Assembly: GCA_016235455.1 (NCBI GenBank)
Contig: JACRKZ010000074.1
Coordinates: 1-56,723, forward strand
Source of the DNA: Armatimonadota bacterium
Lineage (GTDB): Bacteria; Armatimonadota; UBA10988
DNA: 56,723 nt
Direction of reading: 5' to 3'
Below are positions 28,232-37,918 of the stretch, piece after piece. The stretch's first letter is position 1. Every line of letters begins with the position of its first letter. The notes below the pieces were generated by a model. The model was not told the DNA's origin. It saw only the letters and a list, made by a program, of their open reading frames with translations, and did no database searches. Position numbers and translations under genes: made by a program.

Positions 28232-29791
28232 ATGGGTAGCGGGCAGGGAATGGCCATGGTGCAGTCGAAGACAGCGAGTGCGGTCATGGAGATTGGCCCT
28301 CTCGAGTGGAGCACTGAGCTGGCAATGCAAGTCAACTGGGCTGCCGTGGCACGTCGAACGCAGACACTGGCCCGCGCTTTGCAGGTGGACGATGTCCTCT
28401 CGCAAGCGCTGGACGGCGGCGACGAGATCGGCGCGGACGGCGCGGCCGTGTGGCTCTTCGACCGCTCCTCCTACCGGCTTGAGCTGGCTACGGAGCGCGG
28501 CCTGGATACGCTGGAGTCCGACAGCGGCCACCGACCCGAATGGCCCGGCCTGTTCAAGATCCCCCTCAGCAGCGCTGGCGCGCTGGGCGGCGTCATCGAG
28601 TTCTACACACGCGCGGCCGAGGGCTTCTCCGAGGACCAGCACTGCGCGTTCACCATCCTCGGTGCCGCGGTGGCCGGTGCGCTGCAGCGTTCTCACGAAG
28701 TCGAGCAGTTGCGCCAGGCCCGCGAGGAGGCCGCCGCGCTGGGCGCCGTCGATGCGCTCCAGACCATTGTGCAGAGTCTGCCTCAGGGCGTGGTCCTGCT
28801 CGACCCGGCCGGCCATGTGCTGCTCGCCAACCGCAACGGTGGGATCTACCTGGAGCGACTGAGTGACGAGCAGGATCCCGTGCTCACGATCGGCTCCGTG
28901 CCGCTCACCGTGCTACAGGGCGAGGCCTTCGCCAGCGGTATCGACCTGTGTGTGCGCGAGGTGGAGCTGCGCAGCGGCGAACGTTCGTGGCACTACAGCG
29001 TCACGGTGGTGCCGGTGCATGAGAACCGGTCGTTGCTGGGCACGGTGCTCTCCATCGAGGATGTCAGCGAGCGTCGGCTCACCGAACAGCGGCTGTTCCA
29101 CGACGCCCGGCTGGCGTCCATCGGCGAGTTCGCCTCAGGCCTGGCGCACGAACTCAACAACCCGATGATGATCGTGCTCGGCGTGGCTGAGATGCTGCGC
29201 GACGACCCGTCGCTGGGTGCCGACAAGCGCGGCATTCTGGAAGCGGCCGCCCAGGCCGCGGTGCGCGCCGCCGAGATCGTCAAACAGATGACCACGTTCA
29301 CCGACACGCAGCAGGAGCGCGGTTGGGATGCGCTCAACCTGCGCGACGTGCTGAGCGAGGCGATGAGCCTGGTCGAGACACGCTGTGCGGGCAGCAACAT
29401 CTTCCTGGTCACCGAGTGGGACGAGAACCTGCCGCCCGTCTACGGCCAGGCTGGCAAGCTCCAGCAGTTGGTGCTCGACCTGATCAACAACGCGCACGAG
29501 GCGTTGGTGCAGAGCGGTGTCGGCACGCGCATCTGTGTGCGCGGTCGGGCCGTGGACAGCGAGGTCTGGATCGACGTCGAGGACAATGGGCCCGGCGTGC
29601 CGGCGGACATCCGCGACAACATCTTCGACCTGTTCTTCTCCACCAAGCGCGAGCACCAGGGCAAGGGCCTGGGCCTCTCCGTGGCGCATCGCACCGCGGT
29701 CGAACACCGTGGCGCGCTGACCCTGGAGCCCGTGGCGGAAGGTGCGCTGTTCCGCTTGCGGCTGCCCCAGCACAAATGGGCCAGCCAGTGA
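28232..29791 (+). CDS. cytoplasmic sensor histidine kinase (GAF-PAS-HisKA-HATPase, NtrB-like)
   Basis: H-box LAHELNNP, N-box LINNA, DNGPG, IFDLFFSTK, GKGLGLS; no TM segment. Confidence 0.92.
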   Translation: MGSGQGMAMVQSKTASAVMEIGPLEWSTELAMQVNWAAVARRTQTLARALQVDDVLSQALDGGDEIGADGAAVWLFDRSSYRLELATERGLDTLESDSGHRPEWPGLFKIPLSSAGALGGVIEFYTRAAEGFSEDQHCAFTILGAAVAGALQRSHEVEQLRQAREEAAALGAVDALQTIVQSLPQGVVLLDPAGHVLLANRNGGIYLERLSDEQDPVLTIGSVPLTVLQGEAFASGIDLCVREVELRSGERSWHYSVTVVPVHENRSLLGTVLSIEDVSERRLTEQRLFHDARLASIGEFASGLAHELNNPMMIVLGVAEMLRDDPSLGADKRGILEAAAQAAVRAAEIVKQMTTFTDTQQERGWDALNLRDVLSEAMSLVETRCAGSNIFLVTEWDENLPPVYGQAGKLQQLVLDLINNAHEALVQSGVGTRICVRGRAVDSEVWIDVEDNGPGVPADIRDNIFDLFFSTKREHQGKGLGLSVAHRTAVEHRGALTLEPVAEGALFRLRLPQHKWASQ

Positions 29792-29810
29792 TGGCTCAGC
29801 CATCCCTGGC

Positions 29811-32093
29811 TCAGCGCTGCACGACCTGACCGGTCTCGTCGACCAGCGCCCTATCGCGCGCCTCGATGTGGTTGCCGCGCAGGATCAGGTGTTCCACGCT
29901 ACCGGCGACATGGATGCCGGTGCGGGTGTCGCGCAGGTCCAAGTCGGCCGCCAGATTCCAGCCGGCCCGCGGTTGGGTCGGTGCGTCGCCGCCGGCCGCC
30001 GATATCGAGAGCGCCTCAGGCTGGTCATTGCCACGAACCGAACACTCGCTCAACACATTGCCCACCACGCCGGCGCCCGCCAGGCGGATCTGGCCACCAC
30101 CGCTCACCGCGCAGCGGAGCAGTTGGTTGTAGGCCGACGGACCCGGTAGCGCGCCACGCAGATCGCCCAGCAGCAGCCCGCCGCCGCCGCTCAGGTCGAG
30201 ATCGCCGACGACGTTGCCGACGCTCAAGCCGAGCAGGTAGTCCCACGGCCCGCGGCGTTGGTCGCGCTGTCCGAGCCACAGCGTGTCGGCCAGGCAGCCG
30301 TCGATGACGATCTGGCTGCCGGCGTCGGGCGCCACATCCCAGGCGGGGCTGACGGTCACGGTGTTGGTCGTGTTGCTGACCACACGCCGGTACTGCCCGA
30401 CGCCGCGGCCGGCGGTGACCACCACGTAGCTGTCGCTGATCCCGGTCCAGAACGGCTCGCCGTCGACGGTCAGCGTCGCCTCGTCGCCCGACTTGGGCTG
30501 GCCTTGCCAGAACACCTCGGCGCGCGCACCGGGCCAGGGCGCCAACACTGCCGGCTGCTCGCCGCCGAGCAGTTGGTTGCCGGCGAACACGGTGCGCGCG
30601 AAGCTGGCCAGTGGCACGCGCTGGCCGTTGCCCACTTCATGCTGCCCGCGGCTGCTGTCGAGACCGATACGCAGGTTCGGCGCGCCGTCGGCCAGGCGGT
30701 TGTCGATGACCACACTGTCGGTGAGCCCCCGCAGCGTCAGGCCGGTGTAGCGACCGTGCGGCACGCAGCGAATGTCGTTGCGCGCCACCAGCGCCGACAC
30801 ATTGGCAGCCGAGAGGAACGTCAGGCCGTCATGGCCTTCGAGGCTGCAGTCGCGCAGCACGAAGCGCTCGGTGTCGCCGGCCACCCCCACGCCCGTGGCG
30901 GGCATCTGCCCGCGTTGGGTCTGGCCACAGCGAATGCGGCAGCGCTCGATGCGAATGTCGCGCGCCGTGCCAGGACAGGCGGCGACCATGATGCCCATGC
31001 CCACGCCCGGTCCGGCCTCGAGGGTCACGTTGGACAGCGTGCTCTGGTCGCGCAGCCAGACCATCGGCGCGTACGCCGACCCGCGCAGCGGCGCCTGGAG
31101 GTCGCGCGCGACTCCGTCCAGGTCGGCGCGCATGGGGAACCCGCCGACGAACGGCTGGCCGTCCTGCACCTCGATCACGGTGTTGCCCGGCCCGGCGCCG
31201 ACCAGGCTCACGCCCGGCGGGATCTCCAGCGTGCCGCGCAACGGGTAGCGGCCGGGCGGCAGCACCACCGTGTCTCTGGTTCTGGCGGCCACGATGAGCG
31301 CCTGACGCAACGAATTCGTCTCGTCGACGACGCCATTGCCACGGGAGCCATGCAGTCGCGCGTCGACGAAGGTCACGTTGATGGGCGTTGGCGGGCGCGC
31401 TTGCAAGCGGAAGGACACCGGTCCGCCCCAGCCGGCCAGACCGCCTTGGCCGTTGTGTACGTACACCTGCCACGCGCCCACGGGCAGATCGCCGGGCAGT
31501 TGCAGCCAGACCTCGTTGGGCGATAGCGCGCTGACCGCCGTGCGGTCCAGCGGCACCACATGGCTGCCGTCGGCGGCGCGCAGGGCCACCAGCCGTGGCT
31601 CGAGCGCTTGCCCCCAGAGCCGCACGCCGTCGCCCGCGTAGGCGACGTTGGGGTAGGCCAGCAACGGCTGGGCCGTGCCGGTCACGGCTGGCTTGCTCCA
31701 GCCGTCGGCGTTGCGCACCCAGCAGACCGGCTCCTCGAAGTCGGCGGCCAGCGCCAGCCCGCGCACATCGACATCGACCACCGAGCGCTTGACGGCTTCA
31801 GCCGGCGGCTCGGCGGGCAGCAGGGCGCGCCCGCCGTAAGTCGGAGCGGCCAAGGCCTCCAGCAGCGCGGCGTCATCGACCTGGGGCGACCACGCCCGCA
31901 ACTCCACCGCGCCCGGCACCAGGCCGACGCCGTAGACGACGCGCGTCCGTGCACCGCGCACCGCGGCGATCTCGGGCGGCGCGGCCAGGGCGGCCGTGGC
32001 CACACAGAGCAGCCAGAAGGCGGCGCCAGCAGCGAGACTCCCCTCCCGCGCGCGGGGAGGGTTGGGGTGGGGGCCAAAAGGACGACGCACCAT
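29811..32093 (-). CDS. secreted right-handed beta-helix (pectate lyase superfamily) protein
   Basis: HGSRGNGVVDETNSLRQAL..VVLPPGRY..VSLVGAG; N-ladder repeats; GRGVGQYRRVVSNT; signal peptide. Confidence 0.75.
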   Translation of the reverse strand: MVRRPFGPHPNPPRAREGSLAAGAAFWLLCVATAALAAPPEIAAVRGARTRVVYGVGLVPGAVELRAWSPQVDDAALLEALAAPTYGGRALLPAEPPAEAVKRSVVDVDVRGLALAADFEEPVCWVRNADGWSKPAVTGTAQPLLAYPNVAYAGDGVRLWGQALEPRLVALRAADGSHVVPLDRTAVSALSPNEVWLQLPGDLPVGAWQVYVHNGQGGLAGWGGPVSFRLQARPPTPINVTFVDARLHGSRGNGVVDETNSLRQALIVAARTRDTVVLPPGRYPLRGTLEIPPGVSLVGAGPGNTVIEVQDGQPFVGGFPMRADLDGVARDLQAPLRGSAYAPMVWLRDQSTLSNVTLEAGPGVGMGIMVAACPGTARDIRIERCRIRCGQTQRGQMPATGVGVAGDTERFVLRDCSLEGHDGLTFLSAANVSALVARNDIRCVPHGRYTGLTLRGLTDSVVIDNRLADGAPNLRIGLDSSRGQHEVGNGQRVPLASFARTVFAGNQLLGGEQPAVLAPWPGARAEVFWQGQPKSGDEATLTVDGEPFWTGISDSYVVVTAGRGVGQYRRVVSNTTNTVTVSPAWDVAPDAGSQIVIDGCLADTLWLGQRDQRRGPWDYLLGLSVGNVVGDLDLSGGGGLLLGDLRGALPGPSAYNQLLRCAVSGGGQIRLAGAGVVGNVLSECSVRGNDQPEALSISAAGGDAPTQPRAGWNLAADLDLRDTRTGIHVAGSVEHLILRGNHIEARDRALVDETGQVVQR
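32038..32073 (-). repeat. REP-like element CCCCCACCCCAACCCTCCCCGCGCGCGGGAGGGGAG
   Basis: C-rich leader plus GC hairpin resembling a widespread interspersed repeat of GC-rich bacteria. Confidence 0.6.
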
Positions 32094-32106
32094 GCTCGAC
32101 GACTCC

Positions 32107-35100
32107 CTACACGGGCGCTGTGAAGCGCCATTCGCCCGAACCGACCTCGAAGGTGCCCGGCACCGCGCCCGGCTCGGCGTCGGTGACCACGCGGTCGGGT
32201 GCGCTGGTCGGTACGACGACCGTGGCCGCGGCGTTGGTCGGAACGACGACGTCCAGCGTCAGTTGGCCGTCGTCGATGGCCCAGGCGGCCTTGGCCGGAC
32301 CGTGCGGCGTGACCAGTTCGGCGCGCGCATAGGTCAGCCCACCACCCGGCCTGGGCGCGATGCGCAGCCGGCCGTAGCCGGGCTCCGCGCTGTCCAGACC
32401 GGCCACCACGCGGTACATCCAGTCGCCGATGGCTCCGTAGGCGTAGTGGTTGAAGGAGTTCATGCTGGGCGTCTGGAAGCCGTGCTCGGCGGTCCAGCCG
32501 TCCCAGCGCTCCCAGATCGTCGTGGCGCCGTGCTTGACCGAGTAGCCCCACGACGGGTAGCAGTCGTTCAGGAGCAGGCGATAGGCCAGGTCCAGGTGAC
32601 CGTGGTCGGCCAGCGCCGCGCAGATGTACGGTGTGCCCACGAAGCCCGTCGAGATGCGCACGTCGCGCTCGCGCAGCCGTTCGGCCAGCCGCGCGGCGGC
32701 CAACGGGCGCTGCGGCTCGGGCAGCAGGTCGAAGGCCAGCGCCAGGACATACACGCACTGGGTGTCGCCGTGGATCGTACCGTCGTCGGTGACGAAGGCG
32801 CGCTGGAAGGCGGCTCGGATGTCCGTGGCCAGCGCGGCGTAGCGCGCGGCGTCCTCGCCTCGGCCGAGCACCTGGGCCACCTGGGCCACCAGGGCCGCGC
32901 CGTGGGCGTACCAGGCGGTTTGGATGACCTCGCTGGGCGTGTTGCAGTCCTGCTGCAGCCAGTCGCCGAACCCGCCGGCGGGTCGCAGGTGGTCGGGCGC
33001 GGTGCCGGTCTGCCAGTCCAGCCAGCGCCGCATGGGCTCGTAGTAGTCAGCAAGAATGCGCTGGTCGCCGTAGCAGAGGTAGATGGTCCATGGGCAGACG
33101 ATGATGGCGTCTCCCCAGGCCGCCGAGGCCCCGCCGATCTCGGTGCGGGGTGCCACATGGCAGATCACGCCGTCCGGCTGTTGCGCGTCGGCCACATCGG
33201 CCAGCCACTTGGTGAAGAACGCGGCCACGTCGAAGTTGAAGCAGCCGGTCCGCGCGAAGACCTGTGCGTCACCCGTCCAGCCCAGGCGCTCGTCGCGCTG
33301 CGGGCAGTCGGTGGGCACCTCCAGGTAGTTGCCGCGCTGGCCCCACTCGATGTTGTGCTGAAGCTGGTTGAGCATCGGCTCGGAGCACTCGAATGAGCCG
33401 GTCTGCGCCATGTCGGTGTGGATGGCCACGCCGGCCACCGTGTCCAGAGGCGGCGCGGTGGGCAGGCCCCAGACCGAGACATAGCGGAACCCGTGGAAGG
33501 TGAAGCGCGGCTCCCAGGTCTCCAGGCCGCCGCCGCGACAGACATACGTGTCGATAGCGCGCGCGGAGCGCAGGTTGGTCAGGTACAGCGTGCCGTCGGG
33601 GTTGAGCATCTCGGCGAACTGCAGCCGGACATGCGTGCCCGCGGGCGCCTTGATGCGCAATTTGGCCCAGCCCACCAGGTTCTGGCCCAGGTCGAAGACG
33701 TACTGACCCGGCTTGGGCTGAGAGACGCTCACCGCCTTGAACTCCTGCTGCCGGTGCACCGGCGGCGCGGGTGACCAGACCAGGCGCGTGTCGGGCAGCG
33801 GCTCGGCGTTGACCGGCTGCCAGTCCACCGGGTGGTAGCCGGGCTGGTCCCAGTTGGCCAGTTCCAGCCGCGCGTCGTACCACTCGCCGGCGAGCAGGTC
33901 GCCGTAGAGCAGTGCCCCGTAACGCGCCTGCCAGGTCCCATCGGTGGCGACTACCTGACGGCTGCCGTCCTCGAACTCGATTTCGAGCTGGGCGATGAGC
34001 CGCATGTCCGTGCCGTAGTGTGCGTGCATGAAGGCCAGATGGCCCGCATACCAGCCCTCGGCAAGGAGCGCGCCGAGCACGTTCTCGCCCGGGCGGATGG
34101 CGGCGGTCACATCGTAGGTGCAGTAGGGCAGGCGCTGAGCGTAGTCGGTCCAGCCCGGCCGCAGCAGGTCGCGGCTGACCTTGCCACCGTTGAGGTGCAG
34201 TTCAAACAGGCCCAGTGCCGACACATACGCCGTGGCGCGCTTGACGGGCCCGGTCACCACGAAGTTGCGCCGCAGGTAAGGGCACGGCTGCGGGACCGCG
34301 GGCAGACTGAAGGGGTGGCACTGCCACGGCGCCTGTGCATACTCACCGACGTTGGCCGGCTCAGGCCAGCCATAGTCGTCGAGCCCGTACGCGCTCCACG
34401 TGCCGACGGTCACGGTGCCGACGCGCCAGCCGGGCCCGATGGGCTCGGTGATCAGCTGGCCGTCCTCCAACTCGACGCGCAGCCGGCCGATGAGCCCCGC
34501 GCGTCCGCCGCCCGAGACCACCTCGACGGCCAGGATGTTGTCGCCAGGACCCAGCAGTCGGGTGATGTCCAGCAGCTTGCCACGCGTCCAGGTGTCTGGC
34601 GGCGCATCGCTCTCGCCCGCGGCGCTGCCGTTGACCGCCAGGCGGAAGCCCGGGTCGGCGGTGAGCAGTACTTCCGCGTGGCGCACACGGCGGTTCATGG
34701 GCAGCTTGAGCCGGCGCCGGAAGCAGACCGCGCCAGGCTCGGTGGCCTCGGCGGCCGCGGTGCCGGGCAGCCACAGCCACGAGCAACCCAACAGCGTCAG
34801 TTCCTCGCGCACCAGCTCGGCGGGCGCTGGCTGGGCGATGCCGATGGCCAGCGCCTGCCAGTCCTCGCGGGCCAGCAGGCCCATGGCGAACCGCACGGGC
34901 TCGCTCCAGCCACTGGCGCCGCCGTCGACGGCCCAGGCCTGCACCCGCCACCACACGACCTGTCGCGATACCAGGCGCTCCCCGCCGTAGGGCACGTGCG
35001 TGGTCTGAGCGCCAGACTGCCGGCCGCTGTCCCACAGGTCGGGCTGGCCGGCGAGCAGCGCCTCGAGGGTGCTCGCCGCCTGCACCTGCCAAGCGGTCTG

Positions 35101-35211
35101 CCGGTCGTTTCGCTGGTCGGATTCGACTCGCCAGAACAGCCGGGGCTCGGCGACGTCCAGGCCCAGCGGCTGGTCACGGTATTCCACGCGCAGTGTGGTT
35201 GCTCGGAACAC
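32107..35211 (-). CDS. glycoside hydrolase family 78 alpha-L-rhamnosidase
   Basis: PTDCPQRDERLGWTGD, FTFHGFRY, GATTIWERW, MNSFNHY. Confidence 0.95.
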   Translation of the reverse strand: MFRATTLRVEYRDQPLGLDVAEPRLFWRVESDQRNDRQTAWQVQAASTLEALLAGQPDLWDSGRQSGAQTTHVPYGGERLVSRQVVWWRVQAWAVDGGASGWSEPVRFAMGLLAREDWQALAIGIAQPAPAELVREELTLLGCSWLWLPGTAAAEATEPGAVCFRRRLKLPMNRRVRHAEVLLTADPGFRLAVNGSAAGESDAPPDTWTRGKLLDITRLLGPGDNILAVEVVSGGGRAGLIGRLRVELEDGQLITEPIGPGWRVGTVTVGTWSAYGLDDYGWPEPANVGEYAQAPWQCHPFSLPAVPQPCPYLRRNFVVTGPVKRATAYVSALGLFELHLNGGKVSRDLLRPGWTDYAQRLPYCTYDVTAAIRPGENVLGALLAEGWYAGHLAFMHAHYGTDMRLIAQLEIEFEDGSRQVVATDGTWQARYGALLYGDLLAGEWYDARLELANWDQPGYHPVDWQPVNAEPLPDTRLVWSPAPPVHRQQEFKAVSVSQPKPGQYVFDLGQNLVGWAKLRIKAPAGTHVRLQFAEMLNPDGTLYLTNLRSARAIDTYVCRGGGLETWEPRFTFHGFRYVSVWGLPTAPPLDTVAGVAIHTDMAQTGSFECSEPMLNQLQHNIEWGQRGNYLEVPTDCPQRDERLGWTGDAQVFARTGCFNFDVAAFFTKWLADVADAQQPDGVICHVAPRTEIGGASAAWGDAIIVCPWTIYLCYGDQRILADYYEPMRRWLDWQTGTAPDHLRPAGGFGDWLQQDCNTPSEVIQTAWYAHGAALVAQVAQVLGRGEDAARYAALATDIRAAFQRAFVTDDGTIHGDTQCVYVLALAFDLLPEPQRPLAAARLAERLRERDVRISTGFVGTPYICAALADHGHLDLAYRLLLNDCYPSWGYSVKHGATTIWERWDGWTAEHGFQTPSMNSFNHYAYGAIGDWMYRVVAGLDSAEPGYGRLRIAPRPGGGLTYARAELVTPHGPAKAAWAIDDGQLTLDVVVPTNAAATVVVPTSAPDRVVTDAEPGAVPGTFEVGSGEWRFTAPV

Positions 35212-35271
35212 GGCTTGGCTCCCACTGTCGACACTAGCACAGTGCGGTGGCCCGAGGCAAGCCAGCGGCCC

Positions 35272-35311
35272 AAACGAGAGCGGCGCCGACGACAGCTCGC
35301 CGACGCCGCTC
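35272..35311 (-). terminator. probable intrinsic terminator of the prepilin gene
   Basis: Minus strand GAGCGGCGUCGGCGA-GCUG-UCGUCGGCGCCGCUC (15-bp stem with G-U pairs) followed by UCGUUU. Confidence 0.6.
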
Positions 35312-35334
35312 GACCCTCCTGGCCGCGCTCTGGA

Positions 35335-36030
35335 TCAGTCGTCCTCGAGCGTGAACAGGTACATGACGGTGTTGGCGTTGACCTTGGCCAACTCGCCCAT
35401 CTTCTGGCTCTTGACGTGCCCATCACAGAACAGGCAGTTGGCCATTTCCATGTGGCGGGCCACGGTGTTGGCCAGTGCGGGCAGGTTGTTGTAGGTGCCG
35501 ACGACGGGGTTGGCGGCCTTGTTCTGCCAGGCTGTCTCGAAGGTGGCGGCGCCGTTGCCGTCAGTCACCCAGATCGTGGTGGCCGGCGCGGCCGCCATGG
35601 CCAGGCCGCTCCAGGTGCCGCTCGGCGAGTGGCCGTCGACGCCGGACCAGTACGACGAGTTGATCACGTAGCTGCCGTAGTTGGTGCCGTTGGCCACGCT
35701 GTAGCGGGCCGCACCCGAGGCGCTCGGGCAGTCGAAGATCTGCGTGCTCTTGCAGTAGGGGCTGACCGAGTCCATCCACTTCCACTGCACGCCCGCGATG
35801 GATCCGCCATTGGCGGCACCCATCCAAGCCTTCGGGTACTGCTCGTCGTAGTCCTGCGTGTACTGCAAGATGGCCAGGCCCATCTGCTTAAGGTTGCTCT
35901 GGCAGCTCGACTGACGAGCCTTCTCACGGGCCTTGGCGAAGACAGGGAACAAGATCGCTGCGAGGATCGCGATGATCGCGATGACCACCAGCAGTTCGAT
36001 TAGCGTGAAACCACGCTGACGACACGTCAT
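35335..36030 (-). CDS. prepilin-type N-terminal cleavage/methylation protein with H-X9-DG domain (DUF1559-like)
   Basis: [34 protein letters not shown]; [16 protein letters not shown]. Confidence 0.95.
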   Translation of the reverse strand: MTCRQRGFTLIELLVVIAIIAILAAILFPVFAKAREKARQSSCQSNLKQMGLAILQYTQDYDEQYPKAWMGAANGGSIAGVQWKWMDSVSPYCKSTQIFDCPSASGAARYSVANGTNYGSYVINSSYWSGVDGHSPSGTWSGLAMAAAPATTIWVTDGNGAATFETAWQNKAANPVVGTYNNLPALANTVARHMEMANCLFCDGHVKSQKMGELAKVNANTVMYLFTLEDD

Positions 36031-36125
36031 GAGGACCTCCACCGGCACGTGGCCTCAAGGCCACCGCGGTGCGCAAATGATACCAGTTATGAGACAACTG
36101 TCCACGGTCGGCACGGTGCCATGGA

Positions 36126-36812
36126 CTACGTCTCAACCCCGAGCCGGGGGCACAGATCGGCCACCAGGCACTGGTCACAGGCGGGCCGCCGCGCCGCGCA
36201 GCACTTGCGGCCGTGCCAGATGATGGTGTGGCTGGCTTCGACCCACCGCTCGCGGGGGACGAGGTCCATGAGGTCGCGCTCGATCTTGACTGGGTCGGTC
36301 TGAGTGGTCAGGCCGAGCCGTTGGGACAGCCGCTGCACATGGGTATCGACGACCACGCCCGAGGCGATGCCGAAGGCATTGCCGAGCACCACGTTGGCCG
36401 TCTTGCGCGCCACGCCGGGCAGCGCCAGCAGGGCATCCATGGTCGCGGGTACCTGGCCACCGTACTGCTCGACCAGGATGGTGCAGGTGCCGCGAATCGA
36501 CTTGGCCTTGTTGCGGAACAGGCCCAGCGAGTTGATGGCCGCCTCGATGTCGGCCTGGTCGGCGGCGGCGAACGCGGCGGCATCGGAGTAGCGCTCGAAG
36601 AGGGTTGGCGTGACCCGGTTGACCATCTCGTCGCTGCACTGGGCGGACAGAATGGTGGCCACCAGCAGTTGCAGCGGCCCCTCGTGGCGCAGGCCGCAGA
36701 CGGCGTCGTACTCGCCGCGGAAGCGGCGCAACAGGGTCGAGACGCGGCGCCGGCGGGCGGCGGGCGTCTCCGCGGCCAACGCCTCGGCGCTCAGGTACCG
36801 GGTCATGCTCAC
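36126..36812 (-). CDS. nth: endonuclease III
   Basis: ILSAQC, HhH LPGVARKTANVV, VVDTHV, C-X6-C-X2-C-X5-C Fe-S motif. Confidence 0.95.
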   Translation of the reverse strand: MSMTRYLSAEALAAETPAARRRRVSTLLRRFRGEYDAVCGLRHEGPLQLLVATILSAQCSDEMVNRVTPTLFERYSDAAAFAAADQADIEAAINSLGLFRNKAKSIRGTCTILVEQYGGQVPATMDALLALPGVARKTANVVLGNAFGIASGVVVDTHVQRLSQRLGLTTQTDPVKIERDLMDLVPRERWVEASHTIIWHGRKCCAARRPACDQCLVADLCPRLGVET

Positions 36813-37795
36813 AAGCCTTCCAGGTCGATGCGCATCTTCCAGCCAAATGGCGTGGCGCGCGGCAGGTTCACGCAGCCTTTGCCGGTCTGCAGGCCGTTGG
36901 GCCGGCCGAGCCAGGGCTCGGGGCAGTAGAAGCCGCGGTCGCGGCGGCCGTAGAGCACGAACAGGTGGTCCTCCGGCCGCCCCAGGGACAGGCTGTCGGT
37001 CACCGTATGGCTGACGCGCACGATGGGTCCGGCCGCCTGGCGCACCTCGACCCAGCCGTCGCGGCCGCCGATCAGCGCGCCGTTGCAGGTCCAGGGCTCG
37101 CTCAGCGGCACGCCATCGCGCGCACCAACGGTGATCTTGGTCTCGTCGAGCAGGCCGAAGCGGTTGACCGCCAGTCGGGCGTCGGAACTGGTGCGCAGCG
37201 TGATGCTGTCGAAGGCGGCTTCGTCGCGCACGGCCAGGGTGAGATGGTTGCCCAGCCCAAAGCGCAGGGCCTCGCGCGAGTAGATGCGGACCGCCTGCTC
37301 GACCCCGTAGTCATCGACCGTCCAGGTGGCGCGCAGTTCGAAGGCGTGGGGGTAGAAGCGCCGCGATTCCGCGCTGTCGGTCAGCTCGACATCCAGCGTG
37401 GCCACCTCGTAGTTGGCGCTCATTGAGGTCATCTTCCACGGCAGCGAGCGCGCGAAGCCATGGATCGGCATGGGCCAGGCGCCGTCGCTGTTGCGCCAGC
37501 CGAGCCGAAGCGAGGCCGGGTCGGTGTCGGCCGTGGGCACCAGCGGGTAGGTGCGGCCGACCACGGGCCACAACACCGGCGCGCGCCCCGTCCATTCGCC
37601 GGGCTCCGGTTGGCCAAAGTCGGCCGCGCGGTAGAGCAGTTCACCGTAGCCGTCGAGCAGCAGGCTGCTGAGCACGCCACCCAGGGCTGGCACGACCGTC
37701 GCGGCGACACGGCGGCCCGGCGAGGTCAGCGTGAACGCCCGCGGATGCCCCTCGGCGTCCAGTTCAAAGGGTCGGATTCTGGCAAGGACTGGCAT
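36809..37795 (-). CDS. aldose 1-epimerase (galactose mutarotase-like) family protein
   Basis: APVLWPVVGR, IHGFAR, YPHAF, GLGNH, FYCPEPW; stop overlaps the nth start. Confidence 0.85.
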   Translation of the reverse strand: MPVLARIRPFELDAEGHPRAFTLTSPGRRVAATVVPALGGVLSSLLLDGYGELLYRAADFGQPEPGEWTGRAPVLWPVVGRTYPLVPTADTDPASLRLGWRNSDGAWPMPIHGFARSLPWKMTSMSANYEVATLDVELTDSAESRRFYPHAFELRATWTVDDYGVEQAVRIYSREALRFGLGNHLTLAVRDEAAFDSITLRTSSDARLAVNRFGLLDETKITVGARDGVPLSEPWTCNGALIGGRDGWVEVRQAAGPIVRVSHTVTDSLSLGRPEDHLFVLYGRRDRGFYCPEPWLGRPNGLQTGKGCVNLPRATPFGWKMRIDLEGL

Positions 37796-37885
37796 GTGCG
37801 TAGTATGCGTTGACCGGCCGCTTGCGGTCAACGGGGGACTGGCATGTGCGTAGTATGCGTTGACCGGCCGCTTGCGGTCAACGGG
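37786..37885. repeat. perfect 50-bp tandem duplication
   Basis: 37786-37835 is identical to 37836-37885 (GGACTGGCATGTGCGTAGTATGCGTTGACCGGCCGCTTGCGGTCAACGGG). Confidence 0.95.
37802..37831 (-). promoter_or_regulatory. sigma70-like leaderless promoter TTGACC-N18-CATACT overlapped by a palindrome
   Basis: The -10 lies 6 nt from ATG 37795 and there is no SD; palindrome CGTTGACCG-N8-CGGTCAACG. Confidence 0.55.
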
Positions 37886-37918
37886 CGCGCGGCGCCCGGC
37901 TGCGCAGACCGCGCCGCC

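Noticed and set aside
37786-37885. Possible CRISPR array
   Set aside because: Two abutting copies with no spacer and no cas genes
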